32,000 nucleotides of DNA. Source: Xylella taiwanensis (GTDB lineage: Bacteria > Pseudomonadota > Gammaproteobacteria > Xanthomonadales > Xanthomonadaceae). The stretch is taken from contig NZ_CP053627.1 of NCBI RefSeq assembly GCF_013177435.1, positions 810,001-842,000 on the forward strand, given 5' to 3'. Below the pieces are notes generated by a model, which worked only from the letters and a program-made list of their open reading frames with translations, was not told where the DNA came from and did not search any database. A program made the translations under genes and the position numbers. This document shows positions 21,076 to 32,000 of the stretch, piece after piece. Position 1 is the first letter of the stretch. Each line of letters opens with the position of its first letter.

Positions 21076-21932
21076 GTGCAATTCAATACGCCATTGCGTT
21101 ACCCCGGTGGGAAAGGGCGTCTGTCGCAATAGATGGCAGAGGTGATGTCAGCAAATCGTCTGATCGGAGGGGACTATGTAGAGCTTTATGCGGGTGGGGC
21201 TGGTGTGGCCATGACCTTGTTGAGGCTCGACGACGCACGGCATATCCACATCAATGATCTGCATGCTTCTGTGCATGCTTTTTGGTGGGTTGTGTTGCAT
21301 CGAAATGAAGATCTTTGTCAGCGGATCCGTAATACGCGAATCTCTATGCGTGAATGGCACCGCCAACGTGCTGTGCAGACGGAGGCGAGCCCGGATCCAT
21401 TCGACTTGGTGTTTTCCACATTTTTTTTGAATCGCACCAATCGTTCCGGGATCGTCCTGGGAGGGGTGATAGGGGGCAAGGGCAGGCGGGAGCATGGACG
21501 CTGGGGGCGCGTTTCAACACAAAAGATCTTGTCGAACGGATTGAGCGTATTGGAAGGGTGCGGCGGCGGATCAATCTCTACAACCTTGATGGGGCTGAGA
21601 TGATCAAACACGTCCTCCCGGCGCTGCCGCGCCGTGCTTTGATTTATCTTGATCCTCCCTACTACGTCAAAGGCGCTGGCCTGTATGAGCACCATTATTC
21701 GCATGATGATCACGTGAAGATTTCGAATCTTGTCGCGACGATTCAGCAACCGTGGTTGGTGAGTGATGACAATGTTCCGCAGATTTGCTCGTTGTATCAG
21801 CCGTATCGGCAACAGGTGTTTGGGTTGAGGTATAGCGCTCAATCGCGTTATGAGGGATCAGAGGTGATGATTTTTTCGCGCGGGCTCAATACTCCCGAAT
21901 CAATCTTGCCATCCAGAGCTGCAGTTGTTTGA
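21076..21932 (+). pseudogene. D12-class (Dam-family) N6-adenine DNA methyltransferase, disrupted by one stop and one frameshift
   Basis: The N-terminal PLRYPGGKGRLSQ is followed by an in-frame TAG at 21130-21132. The AdoMet motif YVELYAGGAGV follows. The frame changes near 21475-21485, between GGVIGGK and GQAGAWTLGARFN. The catalytic motif IV, YLDPPYY, is in the downstream frame. The start is GTG 21076 or GTG 21061. Confidence 0.85.
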
Positions 21933-22235
21933 TGACTTGGTGTTTAAGGCGGGCGCTGCTTGGGGTGATGAATGCTTGCGACTCTGCATCGCTAGTATTA
22001 TTCGAGGGTTTTAAAAGTCGCGCGTTACATAGTGGTGATTGGGTCGTCCTGGCTGGCCAGGTTTGATTGAAGGAAAGGCACGGTCATTCACTTGAGGTAT
22101 CTATCGAGGTTTCAGAGATATCAGATTAAGGGTGAGATGCTCCTGGGATTTTTTCAGAGTCATCAATTAAATCATTTGTTCGGAAAGTCGAGAGGCAGTG
22201 ATATATCTGCTGTGTTATGACGTGTGTCTGAGAGG

Positions 22236-23549
22236 TTATTTGGGGGAGGCGTCGTTTTCTTCTTTGGTCAGCCGGCGAAGCAGGAGTTTATCGATGCGTG
22301 CGCCGTCTAGGTCAACGATCTCGATACGCCAACCGGCCCAGTCGAAGTATTCGCCAACATGCGGGATGCGGCCGAAGTAGTAGATACACATGCCAGCTAG
22401 GGTGTGGTAATTGTTTTCCTGTGCGTCTGGCAGTTCGGCGCCGAGCACTTCGCGCAGTTCCTCAATGGGGAGTGTGCCGTCGATCAGGAGTGAACCGTCC
22501 TCTCGGGTAACCATCAAGGCGTCTTCGTCGGTGTTCTCCACGGTTTGCAGACGGCCGATGACTGCGCCCATCAGGTCGCTGATGGTCACTAGGCCACGGA
22601 TTTCTCCATATTCGTCGACCACCAGTGCCATTGATTGCTGCTCTTCGCGGAAGATTTCCAGCAGTTTCAATGCATGTGTCGATTCAGAGACGAAGAGCGG
22701 TTCACAGAGTTGTTGGAACAGCGATAGTGTGGTCTGAGTATCTATCCGTGTGATCACAGATTTCACTTCGAGGATGCCAACGATGTCCTGGTCGCTGCTG
22801 CGATAGACGGGATAGCGTGAGAACTGGTGCTCACGCATTATCTCCAAGTTGTGTCCCAGCGTGGCGCTGCTGTCCAGCCAAGCAATGCGATTGCGTGGTG
22901 TCATCAGGCTATCGGCAGTGCGATCACCCAGGCGCATCACGCGATTCATCATGTTGCGTTCGTCGTCATCAATCACGCCGGCTTCGTGGCTTTCGGCCAC
23001 TAGCATGCGGATTTCCTCCTCGGTGACGGCACTGGATGGACGTTTGCCAAAGCCAAGGGCACGCAGTACCAGTTGGGTAGATTTGGCCAACACCCAGACG
23101 CCGGGGGCGGCGATGCGCGCTAATAGGCTCATTGGAACCGCGATGACGCTGGCGATGTTTTCCGAATGCGTCAGTGCAAGCCGTTTTGGTACCAGTTCGC
23201 CGAAGATCAATGTTAGGAATGTGATGAATGCTACGGACAGTGTTTTACCGATGATGCTCGCGTACTCACTTAACCCTGGGATTAATGTGGCTAGCCATTG
23301 ACCGATTGCCACACCGATTGCGTCGCCGCCAAACAGCCCGGTGAGGATGCCGATGAGAGTGATGCCAATCTGCACCGTGGATAGGAAGTTTTCCGGGCTT
23401 TTGGCCAGCGCCAGTGCTTTAGCCGCGTGTTTGCTGGAGTTGGCCATCTGCTTCAGCCGGCTTTTGCGCGAGGTCATCAGAGACATCTCTGACATGGCGA
23501 AGAAGCCGTTGAGAAAGATCAGAGCAATGACAATGAGCAGTTCAAACAC
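22236..23549 (-). CDS. CNNM/CorC-HlyC family transporter (DUF21 - CBS pair - CorC_HlyC)
   Basis: The GTG at 23549 is preceded by AAGGAGG with a 6-nt spacer. The DUF21 start is FELLIVIALIFLNGFFAMSEMSL. A CBS pair region follows. The C-terminal CorC_HlyC block reads GSLLIDGTLPIEEL...GEYFDWAGWRIEIVDLDGARIDKLLL. Confidence 0.9.
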   Translation of the reverse strand: MFELLIVIALIFLNGFFAMSEMSLMTSRKSRLKQMANSSKHAAKALALAKSPENFLSTVQIGITLIGILTGLFGGDAIGVAIGQWLATLIPGLSEYASIIGKTLSVAFITFLTLIFGELVPKRLALTHSENIASVIAVPMSLLARIAAPGVWVLAKSTQLVLRALGFGKRPSSAVTEEEIRMLVAESHEAGVIDDDERNMMNRVMRLGDRTADSLMTPRNRIAWLDSSATLGHNLEIMREHQFSRYPVYRSSDQDIVGILEVKSVITRIDTQTTLSLFQQLCEPLFVSESTHALKLLEIFREEQQSMALVVDEYGEIRGLVTISDLMGAVIGRLQTVENTDEDALMVTREDGSLLIDGTLPIEELREVLGAELPDAQENNYHTLAGMCIYYFGRIPHVGEYFDWAGWRIEIVDLDGARIDKLLLRRLTKEENDASPK

Positions 23550-23551
23550 GG

Positions 23552-23623
23552 CTCCCCTCCTTAGGAGATATAGCAAGGAGAACACAGAGGCCAGTGCAGC
23601 CTGTGCGTGTTGCGGGAGGGGAG
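23552..23623 (-). promoter_or_regulatory. candidate SD-sequestering hairpin in the 5' leader of the CNNM gene
   Basis: In the mRNA, CUCCCCUCC (23623-23615) is perfectly complementary to GGAGGGGAG (23560-23552). The latter contains the SD core. The intervening loop is 54 nt and has some internal pairing potential (AACAC/GUGUU). Confidence 0.35.
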
Positions 23624-24231
23624 TGGCAGAGGGATATCGGGTCGTCGTCCATAGGGCGTGCCGCGAGGGCACTGGGGCATGTTAACAGGATGGTTTGGTG
23701 CTTGTTGCCTGGATGCTGGATGGCATCGATTTCTAGCATCCGTATCGAATGGCCACAATTCCCGCTAAGTGTTATGTCTGTGGTGATACTGGGATGCTTC
23801 CATTCATGGGTGTGTTGTAGCCCATCGTTGCTTCCGGTAAGCAATGATGGGCTATGAAATGAGGGTGTCGACAATGCGGCCAACATCCGACATGCGATGC
23901 TGCTTGGGACAGATTGTTAGTTGGTGCCGGATGCTTTTGAATGGGTGTTGTTGGAGGAATGCACCAAGCGCTCGATGCGGTCATATACGTTGATCGGTCA
24001 TAAAGATATCGAAGTGTTTGATGCAAGGGTGTGCAACATTCCGAGCTGGATTCGAAATGTTTTCCTATGGTGATTCATTGATGATTTGACACCCTCGGAG
24101 AGCATGCGTGGTTGGTATGGTTGACCACCGTACCTTGAGTGGCCAAGTAAGCAATATTCTGGAAGCAAGTCTTGCTGGCCTGTCGTAAGTGATGGATCGA
24201 TATCAAGCTGAATATATGTCAGGTGACTGGT

Positions 24232-25737
24232 TCAGGGATTGTCCTGGGAATGTTCGTACATCGCTTGTACGTCTCGGCGGAACGATGCCTGACTGTCTGT
24301 ACGGTTGTAAAACATGTGACCACCAGGATATTCGTGTACCTGTATACGGGTCGGGTCGCTACCCATGTTTGGCATCTGGTCCACAGTCAACACCGATGCC
24401 ATGAAGGGGCAGGAAAGGTCGTTCCAGCCATGTGCGATCAGTACGCGTAGTTTCGGGTCGATTGCTACTGACTGGCGTAGTTGCGTCACTGAGCCTTTGC
24501 GCAACTCTTCGTTCCAGTCCCATTGCCGATTGACATCGTAGTTCAGGGCTTGGTAGCGCTCGTGTACTTTCCAGCCGGCGGTGCGGGTTAAGAAGTCGAC
24601 CATGGCAGTGGTGGTTGGGGCGATGATGCTGTCTAGCAGCGGGTCGTTGGTGCGCTGCTCAGCATCGTGGGGAAATGGGTCGAATGCAGTGACGTTAACG
24701 TCGTAGCGGCTCCCAAGTTCGCCTTTATCACGGAATACTTCGCGTAGGTAGGCCTGCGTTTCCAGACGCCCACCAGTACGCCGTACATAAGTCGGATCCA
24801 ATCCGGTCAGGTGTACGACCTGCTGTAGCATCGTTTCGGTGGCCGCCGGATCAGAGCGGCCTTTCATCAGTGTGCTGGCGTAGTCGCCACGGGTGTACTC
24901 AATGATGTGGCGCATATTGGCTTCGCTTAACTGATGTTGGCGTTCCAGGTGCGCGGCGGCGATCGAAGGCAGCGTTAATATCCAGGCTAGCGGCGAGACA
25001 TCACTGTTGTCGTCCAGGGTTGGGTTGAGGTAGGGCGAGACCAGCACCAGGCCGTTCAGTGCAACACCCATCTGGGTTTGTAGGGTGTGTGTGATACGCG
25101 GGACGCGGAAGCCTCCGTAGCTTTCACCCACCAAATATTTGCGAGAGAGCAGGCGCCCATTGGTGACCAGCCAGTCGTATATTGTGCGTGATAGGTAGTC
25201 GACGTCAGCCTTAGGGTTGAAAAATTGCTTCTTGGCTTCCTCACCTTCAATACGGGCACGGCTGAAGCCGGTGCCGATTGGGTCGATGAACACAAGGTCT
25301 GTAAAGTCCAACCAAGTGCCAGGGTTGTCGTGCAGTGTGGCGGGGTCGGATGGGCTGGTGCCCTGGGTGCCGAAGGACACCACCTTGGGGCCGATGGCGC
25401 CCATATTGAGGTAAACCGAGGATGCTCCAGGACCACCGTTCAAAGCGAAGGTGACCGGGCGGTTCTTGCCTTCCATGATGTAGGCGGTGAACACCACGTC
25501 GCCAATCGTCTTTCCTTTATCGTCCCGTACCGGTAAGGCACTGATGATGACTATGTAGCTTAGGTTGCGGTTGCCGAGGCGGATACTCTGCCGTATCCGT
25601 GCGTCGGCTGGTAGTCCGGGGAGGGAATCGGCATGCGTGGCGGCTTCCTTGTTGGGCTTGGATGCAGTTCCGCTTGCGTAGGCCGAGGGAATGCCACCAG
25701 AAAGTAGGAGTGACAGAAGAGCGATGCGGGGGATCAT
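24232..25737 (-). CDS. secreted serine carboxypeptidase (peptidase S10 family)
   Basis: Signal peptide MIPRIALLSLLLSGGIPSAYA. GGPGASS is present, along with the nucleophile motif VGESYGG, an Asp region HGWNDLSCP and a His region YPGGHMF. Confidence 0.85.
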   Translation of the reverse strand: MIPRIALLSLLLSGGIPSAYASGTASKPNKEAATHADSLPGLPADARIRQSIRLGNRNLSYIVIISALPVRDDKGKTIGDVVFTAYIMEGKNRPVTFALNGGPGASSVYLNMGAIGPKVVSFGTQGTSPSDPATLHDNPGTWLDFTDLVFIDPIGTGFSRARIEGEEAKKQFFNPKADVDYLSRTIYDWLVTNGRLLSRKYLVGESYGGFRVPRITHTLQTQMGVALNGLVLVSPYLNPTLDDNSDVSPLAWILTLPSIAAAHLERQHQLSEANMRHIIEYTRGDYASTLMKGRSDPAATETMLQQVVHLTGLDPTYVRRTGGRLETQAYLREVFRDKGELGSRYDVNVTAFDPFPHDAEQRTNDPLLDSIIAPTTTAMVDFLTRTAGWKVHERYQALNYDVNRQWDWNEELRKGSVTQLRQSVAIDPKLRVLIAHGWNDLSCPFMASVLTVDQMPNMGSDPTRIQVHEYPGGHMFYNRTDSQASFRRDVQAMYEHSQDNP

Positions 25738-26894
25738 GGATATATGAATAGGAATCTGGTGGGGAATCGCATGAGGGGGAGCGGCGGCGGTATTAGATTA
25801 GAAGAGGTTGGAGGGCATGCCTTCACTGTGGGGTTGGAAGGTGCAGACGGTATCCGCGTGTGCTGCTTGTGGAGCGGTGATCATGAAGTGTTGCTGATCA
25901 ATGGTGCGCTGGTGTTGTGTGTCACCTGCCTGTGTCGGTGACACGGATTTCCTGGTCCATTGATTCATCCGAATATACTTTGGTGGATTTCCCATGATGG
26001 TTGTGCTGTGGCGGTGAGCGATGTGGTGGTGTGGTCTTGCGACTGTATTGCTCAAAGTTCATCGTGGTTACTTTTATGACCTGGTGCTGCCGTTTCACTG
26101 GCGCCGTCAGGCAGCAAGAACGCGGTGTTGAAGATGCCTGGGTATATCGCACAGACGTATGATGCGGCGAGGGGATCCGAGGGTGTGGTGATGTATTGCT
26201 GCGATGCTACATGAGCCGTGGCTTCAATGCAGTGTATCGCACATGACACATTCGCTTTGGTCGAATGTACTGGTATGCCGCACGTTGCGCATCGAATGGT
26301 GATGTATGTCGCTGTGCAGTCAGACGATCTTTGGCGCATGACTTGTCTGGCGCGTAATCGGCGTGCCGATCTGTTCCGATGCCTCACCCAGAGGCTGCCG
26401 TTGGATGCTGTGTGGGTACCAATATTTGTTGTAGCGAGGATACCTATGGTTGTGGTTTCCATAGCTCTTAGCGTCTGAGGGAGCACTGTGTGCAAGTAGG
26501 AAGGAATCGCAGGAAAGTCTCTGAGATGTGCTGATGAGGGTAGGCGTTAGATGGGGAGTAGACAGTTTTTTCCGCTGATCATAGAAATAGAATGTGTACG
26601 GAAGGGGCTGCATGTGGTGATTCGACACTTACATTGAAGTCGAGCGAATAAAAACACTTTTGCCTTGAGTGATTACCTTGTTCGCTGATGTTGGATGATG
26701 CTTTTCAGTCGTGCGATCCGTCTGCCGGCATGAGTGTTGCGGATAGTCACGGGGACGTTGGGGCGAGCACATGGGATGGTGCATACGTGAACGAAAGAAC
26801 TTCGACCTTGTAGGAGATTAAAGTTACTCAGGGGCTTCCGGTCGCTATGCGAACGTTGGAAGGGCTGATTGCTGCGACTCGCATGGGTGACTGG

Positions 26895-28784
26895 CTAGAT
26901 GTCCAGGGACGCTAAGTTGCCTTTGGTTTCCAGCCATTGTTTTCGATCGCTCGCGCGTTTCTTGGTCAGTAGCATGTCCATCAGTGAGCGGGTCTGGTGG
27001 TTGTCGTCCACGGTCAGTTGAACGAGGCGACGCGTATCCGGATGAATCGTGGATTCCCGCAGCTGTTGCGGGTTCATCTCTCCCAGCCCCTTGAAGCGGG
27101 TGACACTCACTTGCCCCTTGATTTTCTCACGCTGGATCTTTTCCAGCAGCATGGTCTTTTCTTCTTCGTCCAGTGCATAAAATACTTGCTTGCCTACGTC
27201 GACGCGAAACAGGGGTGGCATTGCCACGAACACGTGACCGGCTGCGACGAGGGCAGGGAAGTGCCTGAGGAACAGTGCGGTGAGTAGGGTAGCGATGTGC
27301 AGGCCGTCGGAGTCGGCGTCGGCCAGGATGACGACTTTGCCGTAGCGCAACCCTGAGAGATCTTCCTTGCCAGGGTCGCAGCCGATTGCGATTGCCAGGT
27401 TATGCACTTCCTCCGAGGCCAGTACACTGCCGGAGGCGACTTCCCATGTATTGAGGATTTTGCCGCGCAGCGGCAGGATCGCTTGGAAATCTTTGTCCCG
27501 TGCTTGCTTGGCGCTGCCTCCGGCCGAATCGCCCTCCACCAGGAACAATTCTGTGCGCGACAGATCCAGGCTGATGCAGTCGGCTAATTTGCCGGGTAGT
27601 GCTGGGCCATGGGTGACTTTCTTGCGGGTGATCTGTTTTTCGGTTTTCAGACGTGCGCTGGCACGTTCGATGGCGATCTGTGCAATGCGTTCGCCAATGT
27701 CTACGTTCTGGTTCAACCATAGGCTGAAGGCGTCATGCACGGCGCCCTCAATGAAGCCCGCTGCTTGGCGCGAGGACAGGCGTTCCTTGGTTTGGCCGGA
27801 GAATTGCGGGTCGCTCATTTTCAGCGACAGTACAAAAGTGACGCGGTCCCAGACATCTTCAGGGGCCAGTTTGATTCCGCGTGGCAGCAGATTGCGGAAG
27901 TCGCAGAATTCGCGCAGTGCATCGGTCAACCCCGAGCGCAGCCCATTCACGTGTGTGCCATGTTGTGCAGTGGGGATCAGATTAACGTAGCTTTCTTGAG
28001 TGAGTTCACCTTCGGGGACCCAGGCGACCGCCCAGTCCACCACCTCGGTGTCCTTTTTCAGGCAGCCGATGAACAGCTCGACAGGCAGCAGTTCACGTCC
28101 GGCCATCTCGCCCTTGAGGTAGTCGCGTAAGCCGTCTTCGAAGTGCCAGGTGTTGCTCTCCCCTGTGGCCTCTTCGAGCAGTTCGACCGTCAGTCCTGGG
28201 CATAGTACTGCTTTGGCGCGCAGTAGATGGCGCAATCCACGCACGTTGAATTTAGGGGTGTCAAAGTATTTTGGATCCGGCCAGAAGCGCAAACGGGTGC
28301 CGGTATTTTTTTTGTTGACCGTACCGACCACTTCCAATTCGGATACTGCAAAACCTTCACGAAATTCCATCCGGTGTTCGCTGCCTTCACGTTTGATGAA
28401 GAGATCGACTTTGCTGGATAGCGCGTTGACCACGCTCACGCCTACGCCGTGCAAGCCGCCGGAGAAGGTGTAGTTGCGATTGCTGAATTTGCCGCCAGCA
28501 TGAAGCCGGGTCAGGATCAATTCCACGCCGGGGATCTTTTCTTCCGGGTGAATATCCACGGGCATGCCACGGCCGTTGTCGGCGACCTCGCAGCTGCCGT
28601 CCTTGTACAGCGTGACCTCAATGTGATTTGCGTATCCGGCAAGCGCTTCGTCCACTGAATTGTCGATCACTTCCTGTGCCAGATGATTGGGACGCGTAGT
28701 GTCGGTGTACATCCCGGGGCGGCGTTTGACCGGGTCCAGGCCGGAGAGAACTTCGATGTCGGCGGCGTTATAGCGGGTGTTCAT
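26895..28784 (-). CDS. parE: DNA topoisomerase IV subunit B
   Basis: Start at MNTRYNAADIEVLSGLDPVKRRPGMY. The GHKL ATPase motifs DNGRGMP and GGLHGVG are present, as is the Toprim motif LVEGDSAGGSA. The length of 629 aa lacks the GyrB insertion, which favours ParE over GyrB. Confidence 0.96.
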   Translation of the reverse strand: MNTRYNAADIEVLSGLDPVKRRPGMYTDTTRPNHLAQEVIDNSVDEALAGYANHIEVTLYKDGSCEVADNGRGMPVDIHPEEKIPGVELILTRLHAGGKFSNRNYTFSGGLHGVGVSVVNALSSKVDLFIKREGSEHRMEFREGFAVSELEVVGTVNKKNTGTRLRFWPDPKYFDTPKFNVRGLRHLLRAKAVLCPGLTVELLEEATGESNTWHFEDGLRDYLKGEMAGRELLPVELFIGCLKKDTEVVDWAVAWVPEGELTQESYVNLIPTAQHGTHVNGLRSGLTDALREFCDFRNLLPRGIKLAPEDVWDRVTFVLSLKMSDPQFSGQTKERLSSRQAAGFIEGAVHDAFSLWLNQNVDIGERIAQIAIERASARLKTEKQITRKKVTHGPALPGKLADCISLDLSRTELFLVEGDSAGGSAKQARDKDFQAILPLRGKILNTWEVASGSVLASEEVHNLAIAIGCDPGKEDLSGLRYGKVVILADADSDGLHIATLLTALFLRHFPALVAAGHVFVAMPPLFRVDVGKQVFYALDEEEKTMLLEKIQREKIKGQVSVTRFKGLGEMNPQQLRESTIHPDTRRLVQLTVDDNHQTRSLMDMLLTKKRASDRKQWLETKGNLASLDI

Positions 28785-28958
28785 GCGTCTTGTGACGTGG
28801 TATGAGGCAACATGCCAGTGTGCAGTTTGGTACAAATTTTTGCACGCCATTCAGGTCTGTTCAGTGAATGTCTTGCTATTCCTGATAGGCTCGGCGCCGG
28901 AATTCCAATTGAAGTCGCCCTATTTTGGGTCAGGACAGGAACTTCCGGAGTCGCGACC

Positions 28959-29261
28959 ATGAAACTGAAGTACCTAGTGATGCTTATGCTGGTCCCCGCC
29001 GTTGTGGGAGTCGCTGTGCCGAGTGCTCTGGCTCAGACGCCCCCCAAGCCAGCGTCGACCGCCGCTGAAACACAACAGCAAACCTCTGCCGACATGCCTA
29101 CCCCCGAGGGGCAGGGTATGGGTGAGCACAACAAAAACAAAAAAGTTGGTAAGAGGCATCATAGTCATGCTAATGCTAATGCTAATGCTAATGCTAAGCA
29201 CATGAGCACTGACACCACCGCCCCGAAGGAACCAGAAGAGAGCAGCTCTGCTACGCGTTGA
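28959..29261 (+). CDS. small secreted low-complexity His-rich protein (hypothetical)
   Basis: 100 aa. The signal peptide MKLKYLVMLMLVPAVVGVAVPSALA|Q is clear. The mature part is Pro/Thr/Gln/Lys/His-rich (KRHHSHANANANANAKH). A strong terminator follows. I recognise no homology. Confidence 0.55.
   Translation: MKLKYLVMLMLVPAVVGVAVPSALAQTPPKPASTAAETQQQTSADMPTPEGQGMGEHNKNKKVGKRHHSHANANANANAKHMSTDTTAPKEPEESSSATR
29169..29198 (+). repeat. hexanucleotide SSR (GCTAAT)4 plus one imperfect unit, in frame in the small secreted protein
   Basis: gctaat occurs four times and is followed by gctaag, encoding ANANANANAK. Confidence 0.92.
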
Positions 29262-29284
29262 TTCGGTTCTTAGTTACCTGCGCC

Positions 29285-31074
<1,790 letters not shown>

Positions 31075-31215
31075 ACATGGAGTGTTGCTGATTTGATCTT
31101 TGGTGAAGATGTTTTGGGGATCGGAATCAAGATACGTTGACGGAAAAAATGTCCCTCGTTTCGTTTGTCGTTGTTTTCTCCGTTGGTCGGTATTCCTAAA
31201 CAGTCAGGTGATGTG

Positions 31216-32000
31216 ATGAAGCTTTGTGGTTTCGAAGTTGGTCTCAATCAGCCACTCTTCTTGATCGCTGGCCCGTGTGTGATCGAGTCGCTACAGTTGC
31301 AGCTGGATACTGCTGGTGTACTCAGGGAGATCACCGCCAAGCTTGGTTTAAACTTTATCTTCAAGTCGAGCTTCGATAAGGCGAACCGAACCTCGGGCAA
31401 CAGTTTTCGTGGCCCCGGCTTGGAAGAAGGTTTGAAAGTACTAGAAGCGGTGAAGACACAGATCGGTGTGCCAGTGCTGACGGATGTGCACGAGTACACC
31501 CCAATAGACGAGGTGGCAGCTGTTGTTGATGTGCTGCAAACGCCTGCGTTTTTGGTACGTCAGACTGATTTCATCAGGAATGTCTGTGCGGTGGGCAAAC
31601 CGGTCAATATCAAGAAAGGACAGTTTTTGTCCCCATGGGATATGAAACCGGTGGTCGAGAAAGCTAAGTCGACCGGTAATGCACAGATCCTGGTATGCGA
31701 ACGCGGCGCTTCGTTTGGTTACAACAATCTGGTGAGCGATATGCGCTCACTGGCGGTGATGCGTGAGACCGGCTGTCCGGTGGTATTCGACGCAACTCAT
31801 TCTGTGCAGCTGCCGGGTGGCCAGGGTGGCCGTTCTGGTGGTCAGCGCGAGTTCGTGCCCGTGTTGGCGAGGGCCGCTGTGGCGGCGGGTATTTCCGGAT
31901 TGTTCGCGGAGACTCATCCGGATCCGCCCAACGCACTGTCCGATGGCCCCAATGCTTGGCCGTTGCACAAGATGGCGGTGTTGCTGGAAACGCTGCTGGA
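31216..32000 (+). CDS. kdsA: 2-dehydro-3-deoxyphosphooctonate aldolase (KDO-8-P synthase), 3'-truncated by the window edge
   Basis: My own translation from the ATG at 31216 gives [25 protein letters not shown]...[12 protein letters not shown]...[21 protein letters not shown]...[12 protein letters not shown]. This is collinear with KdsA. The frame stays open to position 32000, so it is absent from the ORF track. Confidence 0.95.
   Translation, partial: MKLCGFEVGLNQPLFLIAGPCVIESLQLQLDTAGVLREITAKLGLNFIFKSSFDKANRTSGNSFRGPGLEEGLKVLEAVKTQIGVPVLTDVHEYTPIDEVAAVVDVLQTPAFLVRQTDFIRNVCAVGKPVNIKKGQFLSPWDMKPVVEKAKSTGNAQILVCERGASFGYNNLVSDMRSLAVMRETGCPVVFDATHSVQLPGGQGGRSGGQREFVPVLARAAVAAGISGLFAETHPDPPNALSDGPNAWPLHKMAVLLETLL

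Overview
The window is a chromosomal backbone region. Its gene content and order fit a Xanthomonadaceae genome, most consistent with Xylella; this is inferred from recognised protein families, not from a database search. Confident genes are orn, an MscS-family channel translationally coupled to ppsA, divergent ppsR, a DUF1249 protein, a Nudix hydrolase and a 726-aa autotransporter whose passenger is six tandem 50-61-aa repeats. The rest are a DUF445 membrane protein, a PhaF/PhaI-type phasin, a double-FHA membrane-anchored protein, ybeD-lipB-lipA, a CNNM/CorC (DUF21-CBS) transporter, an S10 serine carboxypeptidase, parE, a small secreted His-rich protein, pyrG and the 5' part of kdsA. I found no rRNA, tRNA, CRISPR array, integrase or transposase. 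The only accessory-looking locus is a low-GC two-gene module at about 19.4-21.9 kb. It pairs a ParB/Srx-fold protein with a D12-class N6-adenine DNA methyltransferase, and both genes are inactivated. The ParB-like gene has four in-frame stops and no visible frameshift; the methylase has one in-frame stop and one frameshift. About 27% of the window (roughly 8.8 kb in nine blocks) has no credible coding sequence, and several blocks show a strong G>C, T>A bias on the top strand. Smaller observations are an anti-SD hairpin at the CNNM gene start, a 12-bp palindrome in the phasin promoter spacer, a perfect 12-bp hairpin in an ORF-poor block and two in-frame hexanucleotide SSRs. I do not see an intact novel multi-gene system; the decayed ParB-like/methylase pair is the best lead.
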